A model generated the notes under the pieces. That model saw nothing but the letters and a program-made list of their open reading frames with translations, searched no databases and had not been told where the DNA came from. Both the position numbers and the translations under genes were made by a program. Positions 48,021 through 58,398 of a stretch of 64,000 bases of DNA are shown piece after piece. Position 1 is the stretch's first letter; every line of letters starts with the position of its first letter. The DNA comes from Solirubrobacteraceae bacterium. Its GTDB lineage: Bacteria > Actinomycetota > Thermoleophilia > Solirubrobacterales > Solirubrobacteraceae. The stretch covers positions 21 to 64,020 of the forward strand of contig DASZMK010000192.1 of assembly GCA_035551855.1 (NCBI GenBank), given 5' to 3'.

Positions 48021-49820
48021 GTGCGACCGCCGATCCGACCTCAGAGTGCTCTCAGCGTGGCGACCCGCGGGGAGGCACTGGCGGCCATGGCGGCCGGCGG
48101 TCTCGACCTCCTCATCGTCGGTGGTGGCATCACGGGAGCCGGCGCCGCCCTCGACGCGGCCGTCCGAGGGCTGAACGTCGGCCTGGTGGAGAAGGCGGAC
48201 CTTGCGGCCGGGGCGTCGAGCAAGTCGAGCAAGCTCATTCACGGCGGCTTGCGCTATCTCGAGATGGGGGACATCGGCCTGGTCCGCGAGGCGCTGCGCG
48301 AACGCGAGTTGTTGCTCACCCGGCTGGCGCCGCACCTGGTGTCGCCGGTCCCGTTCCTGTGGCCGCTGCGCCGGCGGGGGTTCGAGCGCCTCTACGTGGG
48401 AACCGGCCTCGTGCTCTACGACACGCTCGGCGGTGCCCGCTCGGTCCCACGTCACCGTCACCTCTCCCGGCAGAAGACGTTGTCCGCCGCTCCCGCCCTG
48501 GGTGGGCGCGGGCTCGTCGGCGGGGTGCGGTTCCACGACGCGGCTGAAGATGACGCGAGGATGGTCGTCGCGGTGGCGCGAACGGCCGCCGCCCACGGGG
48601 CTCAGGTGGTCACCCGGGCGCGGGTGGAGGAGTTGGTGCGCGGCGCGGGCCGGGTGTGCGGGGCCAACGTCCTCGACGAGGAGAGCGGGAGGAGGCTGAC
48701 GATTCCGGCCCGGCACGTCGCGCTGGCGGTGGGAGCGTGGACGGACGCGGTCCGGGCGACGTCCGGAGGAAGCTATGCCACGCACATCCGCCCGTCGAAG
48801 GGCATCCATGTCGTGGTGGCACGAGACCGCATTCCCATGGCGACGGGCATCCTGGCGCGGACCGAGAAGAGCGTCCTGTTCATCATTCCCACCGCCGCCG
48901 GGTGGTTGATCGGCGACACTGACACCCCATGGGCGCACGGTCCGGATGAGCCCGTGGCCAACAGTGCCGACATCGACTACGTCCTGGCAAAGGCCAATGC
49001 CCTGCTGGCGGAGCCGCTGACGCGGGCGGACGTGCGCGGCGTGTTCGCAGGGCTGCGTCCGCTCGTTGGGCCGGCTGACGCCACCGACACGACACGGCTG
49101 AGCCGTCGGCACGTCATCGAGACGCCGGTCCCCGGGCTCACGACCATCGCTGGCGGCAAGTACACCACGTACCGGGTCATGGCTGCCGACCTCGTCGACG
49201 CCGCGACCCGGGACATCGCCGGCGTTCCCGGCTCCAGCACCGAGCGGGTGCCGATTCTGGGCGCCGACGGCTTCGCCCGAGGGTGGGGGGGACGGGCCCG
49301 GCTCGCGGCGCAGACGGGCGTGGCGCCCGGGACGATGGCTCGGCTGCTGCGCCGCTACGGCGATGCGGTATCCGAGCTCCTGGCACTGATCGGCGAGCGG
49401 CCGGAGCTGGCCGAGCCGCTGGAGAACGGCGACGGGCACCTCGCGGCCGAGATCGTCCACGCCTGCACGCATGAAGGCGCGCTGCGCCTCGAGGATGTCC
49501 TCGAGCGTCGCACGCGGCTGGCGATCACGCGCGCCGACCGCGGAGGGGGAGCCGCGGCGGCGGCCGCGGCGCTGATGGCGGAGCCGCTTGGGTGGAGCGC
49601 AGGACGGACCGACCGGGAGATCGAAGACTGGCGCCGGCGTGTCGCGGCCACGCGGGCCGGCGAGGCGCAGCCTGACGACGAGCGCGCGTTGCGCGCCTAC
49701 CGCGCCGTCCTCAACGGCGAACCCGCTCTGCGCGCCGAGCACGCCGAGCGCGCCGTGACCGCCGAGCACGCCGAGCGCGCCGTGACCGCCGAGCACCCGC
49801 CCGTGCCGGATCCGCGATGA
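48021..49820 (+). CDS. glpD: FAD-dependent glycerol-3-phosphate dehydrogenase/oxidase family
   Basis: IVGGGITGAG, SSKSSKLIHGGLRYL, AGLRPL, GGKYTTYR. Confidence 0.9.
   Translation: MRPPIRPQSALSVATRGEALAAMAAGGLDLLIVGGGITGAGAALDAAVRGLNVGLVEKADLAAGASSKSSKLIHGGLRYLEMGDIGLVREALRERELLLTRLAPHLVSPVPFLWPLRRRGFERLYVGTGLVLYDTLGGARSVPRHRHLSRQKTLSAAPALGGRGLVGGVRFHDAAEDDARMVVAVARTAAAHGAQVVTRARVEELVRGAGRVCGANVLDEESGRRLTIPARHVALAVGAWTDAVRATSGGSYATHIRPSKGIHVVVARDRIPMATGILARTEKSVLFIIPTAAGWLIGDTDTPWAHGPDEPVANSADIDYVLAKANALLAEPLTRADVRGVFAGLRPLVGPADATDTTRLSRRHVIETPVPGLTTIAGGKYTTYRVMAADLVDAATRDIAGVPGSSTERVPILGADGFARGWGGRARLAAQTGVAPGTMARLLRRYGDAVSELLALIGERPELAEPLENGDGHLAAEIVHACTHEGALRLEDVLERRTRLAITRADRGGGAAAAAAALMAEPLGWSAGRTDREIEDWRRRVAATRAGEAQPDDERALRAYRAVLNGEPALRAEHAERAVTAEHAERAVTAEHPPVPDPR
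49734..49796 (+). repeat. 27-bp in-frame tandem repeat at the 3' end of glpD
   Basis: gccgagcacgccgagcgcgccgtgacc at 49734 and 49761, partial at 49788. Confidence 0.85.
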
Positions 49821-51313
49821 CCGACCTTGTCCTGGGGCTCGACCAGGGAACATCGAGCACGCGCTGCATCGCTCTCGGTCACGACCTCCGGCAGCACGGC
49901 GCAGCCGCGACGGCCGTGCAGGCCTCGTTTCCCGCACCTGGTCTCGTGGAGCAGGATCCCCTGGAGCTCGTCGCATCGGCGGCGACGGCGATCACCGGCG
50001 CGTTGGCGGCCGCCAAGGCGTCGCCCGGGGACGTGGTCGCACTCGGCATCGCCAACCAGACCGAGACGTTCATCGTCTCCGAGCGCGGCTCAGGACGGCC
50101 GGTGCACCCGGCCATCGTGTGGCAGGACCGGCGCACCGCCGAGGGATGTGCCGCACTCGCCGCGGCCGGGCATGCCGAGCGGGTGCGGTCGCGGACGGGG
50201 CTCGAGCTGGATGCGACATTCCCGGCAACCAAGATCGGGTGGCTGCTCGATCACGTGCACGGCGCTCGCGCGGCGGCCGAGCGCGGTGAGCTGGCGTATC
50301 ACGACGTCGCGGGATGGCTGGTGCGGCATCTCTCCGGCGTGCACATCGCCGAGGCGGGAAATGCCGGGCGGACGCTGCTGTGCCCCCTTGGCGGCAGCGA
50401 CTGGGACGACGGGCTCCTGGACCTGTTCGGTCTGCCGCGCGCGCTGTTTGCACCGATCGTTGACTCCGACAAGATTCCGGCCGCCCCGGCTCGGATGGCT
50501 GAGCCCGCGCCGGGGGCGATGGTCCTGCCGGAGCTTCCGGTGACGGGGGTTCTCGGCGATCAGCAGGCGTCGCTGTTCGGCCTCGGCTGCCGACAGCCGG
50601 GAACGGCGAAGGTCACCCTCGGCACCGGGGCGTTCGTCCTCGCGCAGGCGGGCAGCTCCGCGCCGCCACCGCCCCCCGGCGTCCTGGCCTCCTGCGCCTG
50701 GCGCTGCCGCGGTCAGACGAGTTATGCGCTGGAGGGGTTCATTCCCGCGGCCGGAGCCGCGCTGTCGTGGTTTGCCGACCTGGGCGTCCTGCCCCCGCCC
50801 AGCCGGCTCGACGCGCTGCTGGACGCGGCGGGGCCGGAGGATGGATCGGTGGCGTGCGTTCCCGCCCTCCAGGGCCTGGGCACGCCCACCTGGGACGCCG
50901 CCACCCGCGGGGCCCTGGTCGGCCTGAGCCGCGCCACCACCCGGGGTCAGGTCGCCCGTGCCGTCGTCGACGGTGTGCTCCACCAGGTCACGGACGCGAT
51001 CGACGCGATGAGGGCCGCGATGCCGCTCGAGGTCGTGCAACTCGACGGCGGGATGTCCCGCTCGGGATGGATCGTGCAGCGGCTCGCCGACGTGGCCGGC
51101 GTCCGAGTGCAGCGCGCGGTCGTCGGCGAGGCGACGGCGATCGGCGCCGCGATGATGGCCGGCCTGGCTGCCGGCTTCTGGAGCGGCCTGCACGACCTCC
51201 CCGCGGTGGGCACCGACCATGTTGCCGAGCCGTTGTGGCCGGACTCCAGGCGGGAAGCCGCGCGCGAGCGATGGGCCGAGGCGGTGACGCTGAGCGTGCA
51301 ATGGAGATGCTGA
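49817..51313 (+). CDS. FGGY-family kinase, divergent glycerol kinase-like
   Basis: GLDQGTSSTR, ANQTET, IVWQDRRT, GDQQASLFG, GTGAF, DGG. Confidence 0.88.
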   Translation: MTDLVLGLDQGTSSTRCIALGHDLRQHGAAATAVQASFPAPGLVEQDPLELVASAATAITGALAAAKASPGDVVALGIANQTETFIVSERGSGRPVHPAIVWQDRRTAEGCAALAAAGHAERVRSRTGLELDATFPATKIGWLLDHVHGARAAAERGELAYHDVAGWLVRHLSGVHIAEAGNAGRTLLCPLGGSDWDDGLLDLFGLPRALFAPIVDSDKIPAAPARMAEPAPGAMVLPELPVTGVLGDQQASLFGLGCRQPGTAKVTLGTGAFVLAQAGSSAPPPPPGVLASCAWRCRGQTSYALEGFIPAAGAALSWFADLGVLPPPSRLDALLDAAGPEDGSVACVPALQGLGTPTWDAATRGALVGLSRATTRGQVARAVVDGVLHQVTDAIDAMRAAMPLEVVQLDGGMSRSGWIVQRLADVAGVRVQRAVVGEATAIGAAMMAGLAAGFWSGLHDLPAVGTDHVAEPLWPDSRREAARERWAEAVTLSVQWRC

Positions 51314-51357
51314 AGCCGACTCGAGCAGGCCTGAACCTCAACCAAGGGTGCCCGCCG

Positions 51358-53306
51358 ATGTCCGACACCACCTCCAGCTCGACCAGGACGACGCTGCGCG
51401 ACGCCCCGGAGCCGGACGTTCGCCATCCCCTGGACCCCCTGACGGCGGAGGAGATGTCCCGCGCGGTGAGCATCCTCCGGACAGCGAGCCGGCTGCGCGA
51501 CTCGGCGCGGCTCTCGACCGTGGAGCTGCATGAGCCGCCGAAGGACGAGGTGCTGGGCTGGCCTGACAACGGGACCGTCGAGCGCCAGGCGTTCGTCATC
51601 GTCATGGATCGCGCCGACGGCACGGTGCATGAAGCCGTTGTCTCGCTTGACTGCGGCACGGTGACGGGCTGGCGCGCGCTGGACGGCGTCCAGCCACGCA
51701 TCATGAGCGAGGAGTTTGTGGAGTGCGAGGCGATGCTCAAGCGCCACCCGGACTACCTGCTCGCCCTCGCCAAGCGCGGCATCACCGATCCTGACCTGCT
51801 GATGGTCGATCCCTGGTCGGCCGGCGCCGCCGACGGCGCATCGACGCGACTCGCGCGGGTGCTGGCCTGGGTGCGCAGCGCGCCGGGCGACAACGGCTAT
51901 GCACGCCCGGTCGAGGGGCTGATCGCGCTGGTCGACCTGGCCAAGATGGAGGTGGTCAGGATCGAGGATCACGGCGTGGTAGCGCTTCCGCCGAAGCCGG
52001 GCAACTATACGTCCGGCTACCTCGGAAAGGTGCGCGAGGATCTGCGGCCGATCGAGATCACCCAGCCTCAGGGGCCGAGCTTCACCGTGCACGGTCACGA
52101 GATCCGCTGGCAGAAGTGGCGCGTCCGGATCGGATTCACCGCCCGAAAGGGCCTCGTCCTGCACACTGTCGCCTACGAGGACGATGGCCGGCTGCGACCG
52201 ATCCTCTACCGCGCGTCGTTCTCGGAGATGGTGGTCCCGTACGGCGAGGTGGAGCCGACGCACCGGTGGAAGAACGCATTCGACATTGGCGAATACGGGA
52301 TCGGCGCGATGGCCAACTCGCTCGAGCTGGGGTGTGACTGCCTGGGCGAGATCCGCTATTTCGACGCCGTGCTGAGCGACGCTGTCGGCCAGCCGGTGGT
52401 GCTCCGCAACGCCATCTGCGTTCACGAGGAGGATGCATCGCTGCTGTGGAAGCACACCGACTGGAGAACCAGCGAGACGGAGGTGCGACGCGGCCGCCGG
52501 CTCGTGATCTCATTCGTAGCCACCGTCGGCAACTACGAGTACGGCTACTACTGGTACTTCCAGCAGGACGGCGCCATCGAGTGCGAGGTCAAGCTGACAG
52601 CATCCTCTCCACCGGCGCAGTCGCCCCCGGCGAGACCAGTCCGTACGCGACCCTGATCGCGCCTGGCCTGCCGGCTCCCTACCACCAGCATTACTTCAAC
52701 GTGCGGTTGGACATGATGGTCGATGGTCCGCGCAACTCGCTGGTCGAGGTCGACACAAGATCCGAGCCGACCGGACCACGGAATCCCCTGGGCAACGCGT
52801 TCCGCGCCCACGAGACCGCCCTGGCACGAGAGACTCAGAGCGGCCGGATGGTCGATCCGTCACGGGCGCGCTACTGGAAGATCATCAACCCGAGCGTCCG
52901 CAACGCGCTTGGCTCACCCGTGGCATACAAGCTGGAGCCCGGCCTGAATGCTGCGTGCTTCGTGCAGCCTGACTCAGCTGTGGCCAGACGCGCCGGCTTC
53001 ATCACCGGACATGTGTGGGTGACACCGTATGACCACACCCAGCGGTTCGCCGCCGGCGACTATCCGAATCAGAGTCCGGGTGGGGACGGGCTGCCGGCGT
53101 GGATCGAGGCTGGCCGCTCCACCGAGGACACCGACATCGTGGTCTGGTACTCGATGGCGCACCACCACATCCCCCGGCCCGAGGATTGGCCGGTGATGCC
53201 CGTCGGCAAGATCGGCTTCATGCTCAAGCCCACCGGCTTCTTCGACCAGAACCCGGCGCTCGACGTGCCACCACCTGCCGGCCACCACTGCGGCGCCCAG
53301 GAATAG
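51358..53306 (+). pseudogene. Copper/TPQ primary amine oxidase interrupted by a 1-bp deletion at about 52600
   Basis: HPLDPLT, SLELGCDCLG, NYEY in frame 1; HQH and HHHIPRPEDWPVMP in frame 2; expected KLTGIL reads aagctgacagcatc. Confidence 0.88.
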
Positions 53307-53320
53307 GAGGGAGGCTGGCG

Positions 53321-53341
53321 CCCCGCCCACGGAAGGCGGGG
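53321..53341 (+). terminator. Possible terminator hairpin after the amine oxidase gene
   Basis: ccccgcc-cacggaa-ggcgggg; no U-tract. Confidence 0.35.
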
Positions 53342-53509
53342 ATCAGCGAGCCGCGCCTTCGCCGCGCGCGGGCGCAGCAGACGAGCCTCGTTTCAGCCCG
53401 TATCGACGATCCGCGGGAAACCTGAACTCCGGCGGGGCGCCATCAGGCAAAAGGGCAGGTCCGTAGCACATGCGCTCAGGCCGTGCTCACCGCCTGCCGA
53501 TACGGCCGG

Positions 53510-55516
53510 ATGCCCCGCCCCATGCGAATCGCGCTCGTCCTGCTCGGCGGCTGGATCGCCGCGTGCGAGCTGCATGCGCTGGGGCTCCGATGGCTGCCCG
53601 TGGGCCCGGAGAAGTGGCTGCACCTGGGGGTGATGGGCGCGGGCGGATGCCTATGCCTGCTCCGCGCGGGACGACGCCGTGACGAGCGGGTCGTCTGGCT
53701 GCTCCTGGGCCTGGGGGTGCTCGCGTGGGTGGGTGGCGAGTTCTACTTCACCGCCCTGTTGTGGAGCGATGCGTCGCCGCCGGTTCCCTCGCCGGCCGAT
53801 GCCGGATATCTGTCGTTGCCGCCGTTGGTCTTCGCCGGGCTCATCGTCCTGGCGCGCTCGCGCATCCGCGGGCTGCCGAAGACACTCTGGGCGGACGGCG
53901 TGACCGCGGGATTGGCGGCCGGCGCGATCAGCGCCGCCGTTGTCTTCAAGCCCGTTTTCGGTGCTCTTGGGGGCGCGGGAGTCGCCGTCGCCACCAACCT
54001 GAGCTACCCGATCGCCGATCTCCTCCTGCTGGGGCTGATCTGTGGCGTGCTGGCGGTCGGCGGGCGGCGCCTGGATCGCCGCTTCGGCGTACTGGCGGCG
54101 GGCATCCTCTGCTTCTGGGGCTCCGACACCATCTACCTGATCAAGGCGGCGGAGGGAACCTGGCAGTCCGGCGGCCCGTATGACCCGGGATGGTGGACCA
54201 TCTCCATCTGTTTCGCAGCCGCGGCCTGGATGGCGCCGCGGGACCGGGGCGCGGAGGTGCGCAGGCCGGGCGCGATCAGCATCCCCATCGCCTTCGCGCT
54301 CATCAGCCTGGCGATCCTGGTCGCCGGGAGCATGACCGACGTGAGCCTGCCGGCGGTTCTCTTGGCCTGCGGCGCGCTCCTCTCCGTCCTGCTGCGCCTG
54401 GCGCTCACCTTCCGGGCGCACCAGTCGATGCTGGAGCGGTCGCAGCACGAGGCGTTGACCGATCCGCTCACCGGCCTGGGCAACCGCCGGGCGCTGGCGG
54501 GCGCGCTCGAGCGCCGTCTCCGTCGCGACAGCCCCGGGTCGATGATTCTCGCCCTGTTCGACCTCAACGGATTCAAGACCTACAACGACAACTTCGGCCA
54601 CGCCGCCGGAGACGCGCTCCTACAGCGCCTGGCGAGCGGCGTGTCCGAGGTCGTCGGTCCCGCCGCCACCGTCTACCGGATGGGCGGCGACGAGTTCTGC
54701 GCGCTGCTGCCCGACGACGACACCGCGGAGGTCCTGGCCCAGGCCGCGGAATCGGTGCTGTCCGATCATGGCGAGGGTTTCTCGGTCTCGGCCTCGATGG
54801 GAACCGTCAGGCTGCCCCAGGAAACGACCGAGTCGACCGAGGCGCTGCGCCTCGCCGACGTGCGGATGTACGCGAACAAGCAGGCGACCGGACGGAGCAG
54901 CGCGGCGCGCGCGGTCACGCAGGCGCTCCTCTCGGCCCTCGCCGAGCGCGACCCCAGCCTGTGCGACCACCGTGACGATGTCGTCAGCCTGGCGGAGGCG
55001 ACCGCCCGGGCGCTGGGCCATCCCCGGGCTGCGGTGGAGAAGGTGCGCGACGCGGCCGAGTTGCATGACGTCGGCAAGATCGCGATCCCGGAGTTCATCC
55101 TGCGCAAGCCGGGCCCCCTCACCGAGCAGGAATGGGCCCTGATGCGCCAGCACACCATGATCGGCGAGCGCATCATCCTTGCCGCGGCGGCGCTGAGCGA
55201 GGTCGCACCGCTGGTGCGCTCCTCCCATGAGCGCTGGGACGGCGGGGGTTATCCGGATGGGCTCACCGGGACGGAGATACCGGCGGGCGCGCGCATCATC
55301 GCCGTCTGCGACGCCTATGACGCGATGACGAGCGACCGCGCGTACCGCCGCGCCATGAGCACCGAGGCGGCGCTGACGGAGCTGCGCTCGGCCGCCGGGA
55401 CGCAGTTCGACCCGCACGTGGTCGCGGCGTTTCTCCGTGCCAAGGAGACGTCGGCCGAATCGGCGGGTGGCCGGCAGCCGTCCGTTGCCGGGCTCCTTGA
55501 GCCGACCGTCCAGTAG
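53510..55516 (+). CDS. Membrane-bound diguanylate cyclase/phosphodiesterase (multi-TM + GGDEF + HD-GYP)
   Basis: TDPLTGLGNRR, MGGDEF, LHDVGK, HERWDGGGYP; start approximate. Confidence 0.92.
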   Translation: MPRPMRIALVLLGGWIAACELHALGLRWLPVGPEKWLHLGVMGAGGCLCLLRAGRRRDERVVWLLLGLGVLAWVGGEFYFTALLWSDASPPVPSPADAGYLSLPPLVFAGLIVLARSRIRGLPKTLWADGVTAGLAAGAISAAVVFKPVFGALGGAGVAVATNLSYPIADLLLLGLICGVLAVGGRRLDRRFGVLAAGILCFWGSDTIYLIKAAEGTWQSGGPYDPGWWTISICFAAAAWMAPRDRGAEVRRPGAISIPIAFALISLAILVAGSMTDVSLPAVLLACGALLSVLLRLALTFRAHQSMLERSQHEALTDPLTGLGNRRALAGALERRLRRDSPGSMILALFDLNGFKTYNDNFGHAAGDALLQRLASGVSEVVGPAATVYRMGGDEFCALLPDDDTAEVLAQAAESVLSDHGEGFSVSASMGTVRLPQETTESTEALRLADVRMYANKQATGRSSAARAVTQALLSALAERDPSLCDHRDDVVSLAEATARALGHPRAAVEKVRDAAELHDVGKIAIPEFILRKPGPLTEQEWALMRQHTMIGERIILAAAALSEVAPLVRSSHERWDGGGYPDGLTGTEIPAGARIIAVCDAYDAMTSDRAYRRAMSTEAALTELRSAAGTQFDPHVVAAFLRAKETSAESAGGRQPSVAGLLEPTVQ

Positions 55517-55757
55517 CCGAGAGCGTGAACCCTGGTCCAAGGGCCAGGGGCTGCCGGCCGCAGGTCCGTGTTGCCGGGATCATCCGCGCCGACGGCGACC
55601 ATGCCTCCGTGGCGGGCTGGGGGAAGACTGGTCCGTGGTCCAGTCGGTCAGGACCCCCGGGGGAGAGACGATGCCGCCACGCTGAGGGAACAGCCCGGGC
55701 GGGCGGTTAACGAATCATGGGTGGCGTTCTGCGACCGCCCGGCAAAGGAGACACATC

Positions 55758-56063
55758 ATGTTGCTCAAGAGACGACTTGCGGCATTCGTGCCCGTAATAG
55801 CCGCAGCGACGCTGGGTGCGCCAGTGGCGGTGGCGAGCGCGGCTGGTCCGGCCGTGACCCCGGCGGTCACCGGGCCCAGCTGCCCCGCGGGGTACTCCGG
55901 TCCCACCAACGCGGCCACCGGCTGCCCGTACTACGTCATGTCGTACACGGTGACGAATCCCGGCCAGCCGCCCATGCGCTGTCCCGCGATCTGGAGCCCG
56001 CTCGGCGGCACGCCCCAGGGTATGACGCCGTACGTCTGCCCCGCCGCGGCGGGAACCAAGTAG
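55758..56063 (+). CDS. Small secreted Cys/Pro-rich hypothetical protein
   Basis: AAGGAG RBS; signal peptide ending in ASA; four Cys-Pro pairs. Confidence 0.7.
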   Translation: MLLKRRLAAFVPVIAAATLGAPVAVASAAGPAVTPAVTGPSCPAGYSGPTNAATGCPYYVMSYTVTNPGQPPMRCPAIWSPLGGTPQGMTPYVCPAAAGTK

Positions 56064-56137
56064 TAAAAAGGTCAGGAGGTAAGGTCGGGTAGCCCGCGCC
56101 CCCGGGGTACGGAGGCGTGATCAACAGCGCGGGCGGG

Positions 56138-57022
56138 TCAGTCCTCGCTCAGCGCGAGCTCGGCGAGCCGCTCTATCGCGTCGCGTGATTCGGCGACGGC
56201 GAGGAAGCGCTTGGCGTGGCAGAAGACCGCGTCCTCGACACCGGTGACCGCGACGAGGTCCGGGCCTTCACGCCCGGCCCACGCCGCCGGCAGGTCGCGC
56301 CGGTTGGCAAACGAGCCGAGGTCGCGCGGCACCGCTTCAAGGCCGAAGCCCTGGCGCTTGGGGTAGATCACGAACAGGGCGTCCGGGGCCTCCGGGACCA
56401 GCACCTGCTTCCACGGGGCGTTGACCGGCAGCTCGACCACGCGCGGGTCCTCCGCGGCGGCGATCGCCGCGCGGACGACGCGCTGGGCGCGACGGCTGGA
56501 GGCTGCGGAGGCCACCTCGCGGGCGAGGACGTCTCGCGCCAGGGCAACGGCCGCACCGAAGCGCTCACGCTCCCGTTCCGGGGTCAGGGCTTCGTCCCAG
56601 CGCGGGTTGAAGCCGCCGATGATGGCGTTGACCGTCATCGGGCGCACGCCGTCGATCAGCGACCGGGTCAGCTGCTGACCAGTGTCGTTTCCGTCGACGG
56701 GTTGCACCAGCGTCGCGTCGACGGCATCGGCGACCTCCTGATCGCCGTCACAGATGCGAGCGCCGAATTCGCGCCAGACCAGGCCGAAGGACGCGTAGCG
56801 CACCCCGTTGTCGCGAGCGCGATCGAAGTCCCGCTGGTGGTGGTCGAAGTCTCCGGCGGACGGGTCGTCGCGGAAGCCGACGTCGACGCGCAGATCGGAC
56901 TGGGCGACAGCGTCGTGGTCGCGCGTGCGGACGACCTCGACGGGGTCGCCGAGCAGGCTCAGCGCGGCGATGGCGAACACCTCGTCCGCGTGAAAGGAAC
57001 CGTCATGGGTGGCGATCAACAT
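56138..57022 (-). CDS. MYG1 (UPF0160) family protein
   Basis: IATHDGSFHADE, VDVG, FDHHQ, ASFGLVW, FCH. Confidence 0.92.
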   Translation of the reverse strand: MLIATHDGSFHADEVFAIAALSLLGDPVEVVRTRDHDAVAQSDLRVDVGFRDDPSAGDFDHHQRDFDRARDNGVRYASFGLVWREFGARICDGDQEVADAVDATLVQPVDGNDTGQQLTRSLIDGVRPMTVNAIIGGFNPRWDEALTPERERERFGAAVALARDVLAREVASAASSRRAQRVVRAAIAAAEDPRVVELPVNAPWKQVLVPEAPDALFVIYPKRQGFGLEAVPRDLGSFANRRDLPAAWAGREGPDLVAVTGVEDAVFCHAKRFLAVAESRDAIERLAELALSED

Positions 57023-57203
57023 TTCGCGAGACTCTAGAAGGCGCGCGGACGCGCATCCCACTCAGCCGCGCGACATCGCGCTGCGCCGGCCGGTCACCGG
57101 GATCTCGACGAGGAGACGTCCCGAAGACGCCCCCGACGTCGTATTGCCTCACCGGGAGCTGTCCGGGGCAGCGCGCCCACGCGATCCGATCGTGACTTCG
57201 GAG

Positions 57204-58193
57204 TCAGCGCCGGATGCCGGCCACGAGCGCATCCCAGTTGCCGGCGGCGATCCGCTCCTGGTTGGCCCGCTCGAGCCCCGCGGTCTGAAGGAAGTGCTCC
57301 ACGCCGCCGTCGGGGCCGGCCCGGTACGGGTAGTCGGTTGCGAACAGGATGCGCTCCGCGCCGACCACCTCGACCGCCCACCGCAGGTAGCGCTGGCTGT
57401 AGACGCCGCCGGCGGTGATGTAGGCGTTTCGCCGAATGTACTCCGAGAACGGCTGGGGGAGCCCGGCCTGCATGGCCAGTCCGTCGGCCCGGTCGAGGTA
57501 GAACAGGATGACCTCGCCCCAGTGACCGAGGAGGACTCGGAGGTCAGGGTAGCGGTCGAACACGCCGGCGAGTGCAAGCCGGAGGAACTGCACGCCGGCC
57601 TCGTAGTGCCAGCCGATGCCGTAGGTGGCGAAGGCGTTGTCGATGGCGTCGTCAAAGCCCGCGTACAGCGCAGCCCGCACCCGCGGCTGCGGGACCTGTG
57701 GGTGGATGTACAGCGGAGCGCGGAGCGACGCGGCGGCTTCGAAGATCGGCCAGTTGTCAGGATGGTCGAGGTTGCGCTCACCGGTGCGACCGAACAGGAG
57801 GGCACCGTTGAGGCCGAGCCTGGTGACCGCGCGCTCGAGCTCTTGCGCGGCTGCGGCGGGCGCCGGGGTGGCGAGCGTGGCGAAGCCCTGGAAGCGGTCC
57901 GGGTGGGCGTTCACGAGCTCCGCGATGCGGTCGTTGGTCTCGACCTGCCGGCGGGTGGCCTCGTCCGCCGGAAGGTTGTGGAGCCCGGGCGACGTGAGCG
58001 AGATCACCTGGACGTCCAGCCCCGCCTCGTCCATCGCCGCGATCCGGCGCTCTCCGACCTCGCGCAGGCGCTCCCCCACCTCCCCCGGAGGGACGCTGGC
58101 CCCCGACTCATCGCGCGCACGCGAGTCGAGCCGGCTCCACGCCGTGACGACCTCGTCGGTCACGAAGTGCTCCTCGGTGCCGATCGTCTTCAT
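57204..58193 (-). CDS. Amidohydrolase-2 family protein (decarboxylase-like)
   Basis: TEEHF, LYIHP, LGHWGE, FATDYPY. Confidence 0.9.
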   Translation of the reverse strand: MKTIGTEEHFVTDEVVTAWSRLDSRARDESGASVPPGEVGERLREVGERRIAAMDEAGLDVQVISLTSPGLHNLPADEATRRQVETNDRIAELVNAHPDRFQGFATLATPAPAAAAQELERAVTRLGLNGALLFGRTGERNLDHPDNWPIFEAAASLRAPLYIHPQVPQPRVRAALYAGFDDAIDNAFATYGIGWHYEAGVQFLRLALAGVFDRYPDLRVLLGHWGEVILFYLDRADGLAMQAGLPQPFSEYIRRNAYITAGGVYSQRYLRWAVEVVGAERILFATDYPYRAGPDGGVEHFLQTAGLERANQERIAAGNWDALVAGIRR

Positions 58194-58398
58194 CTCGAAG
58201 CCTGCCTCCTGTCGGTGCCGTGGTCTTCATCGCCTCTTCCCGGCGAACGGTAACCGTATGACCGTAGACGCCCACGGTGGATGCACGCTGGGACTCGACG
58301 CAGGTCGTGACGGTCGCTCTCGCATCCTGATGGGGCTCGTGACTTTGTTGTGAGGGCGGCGTGTTGCCTCCGATAAACCCACCGGCACAAGCACCCCG

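Noticed and set aside
52590-52610. Programmed ribosomal frameshift in the amine oxidase
   Set aside because: No slippery heptamer or homopolymer; a single-base deletion explains it more simply
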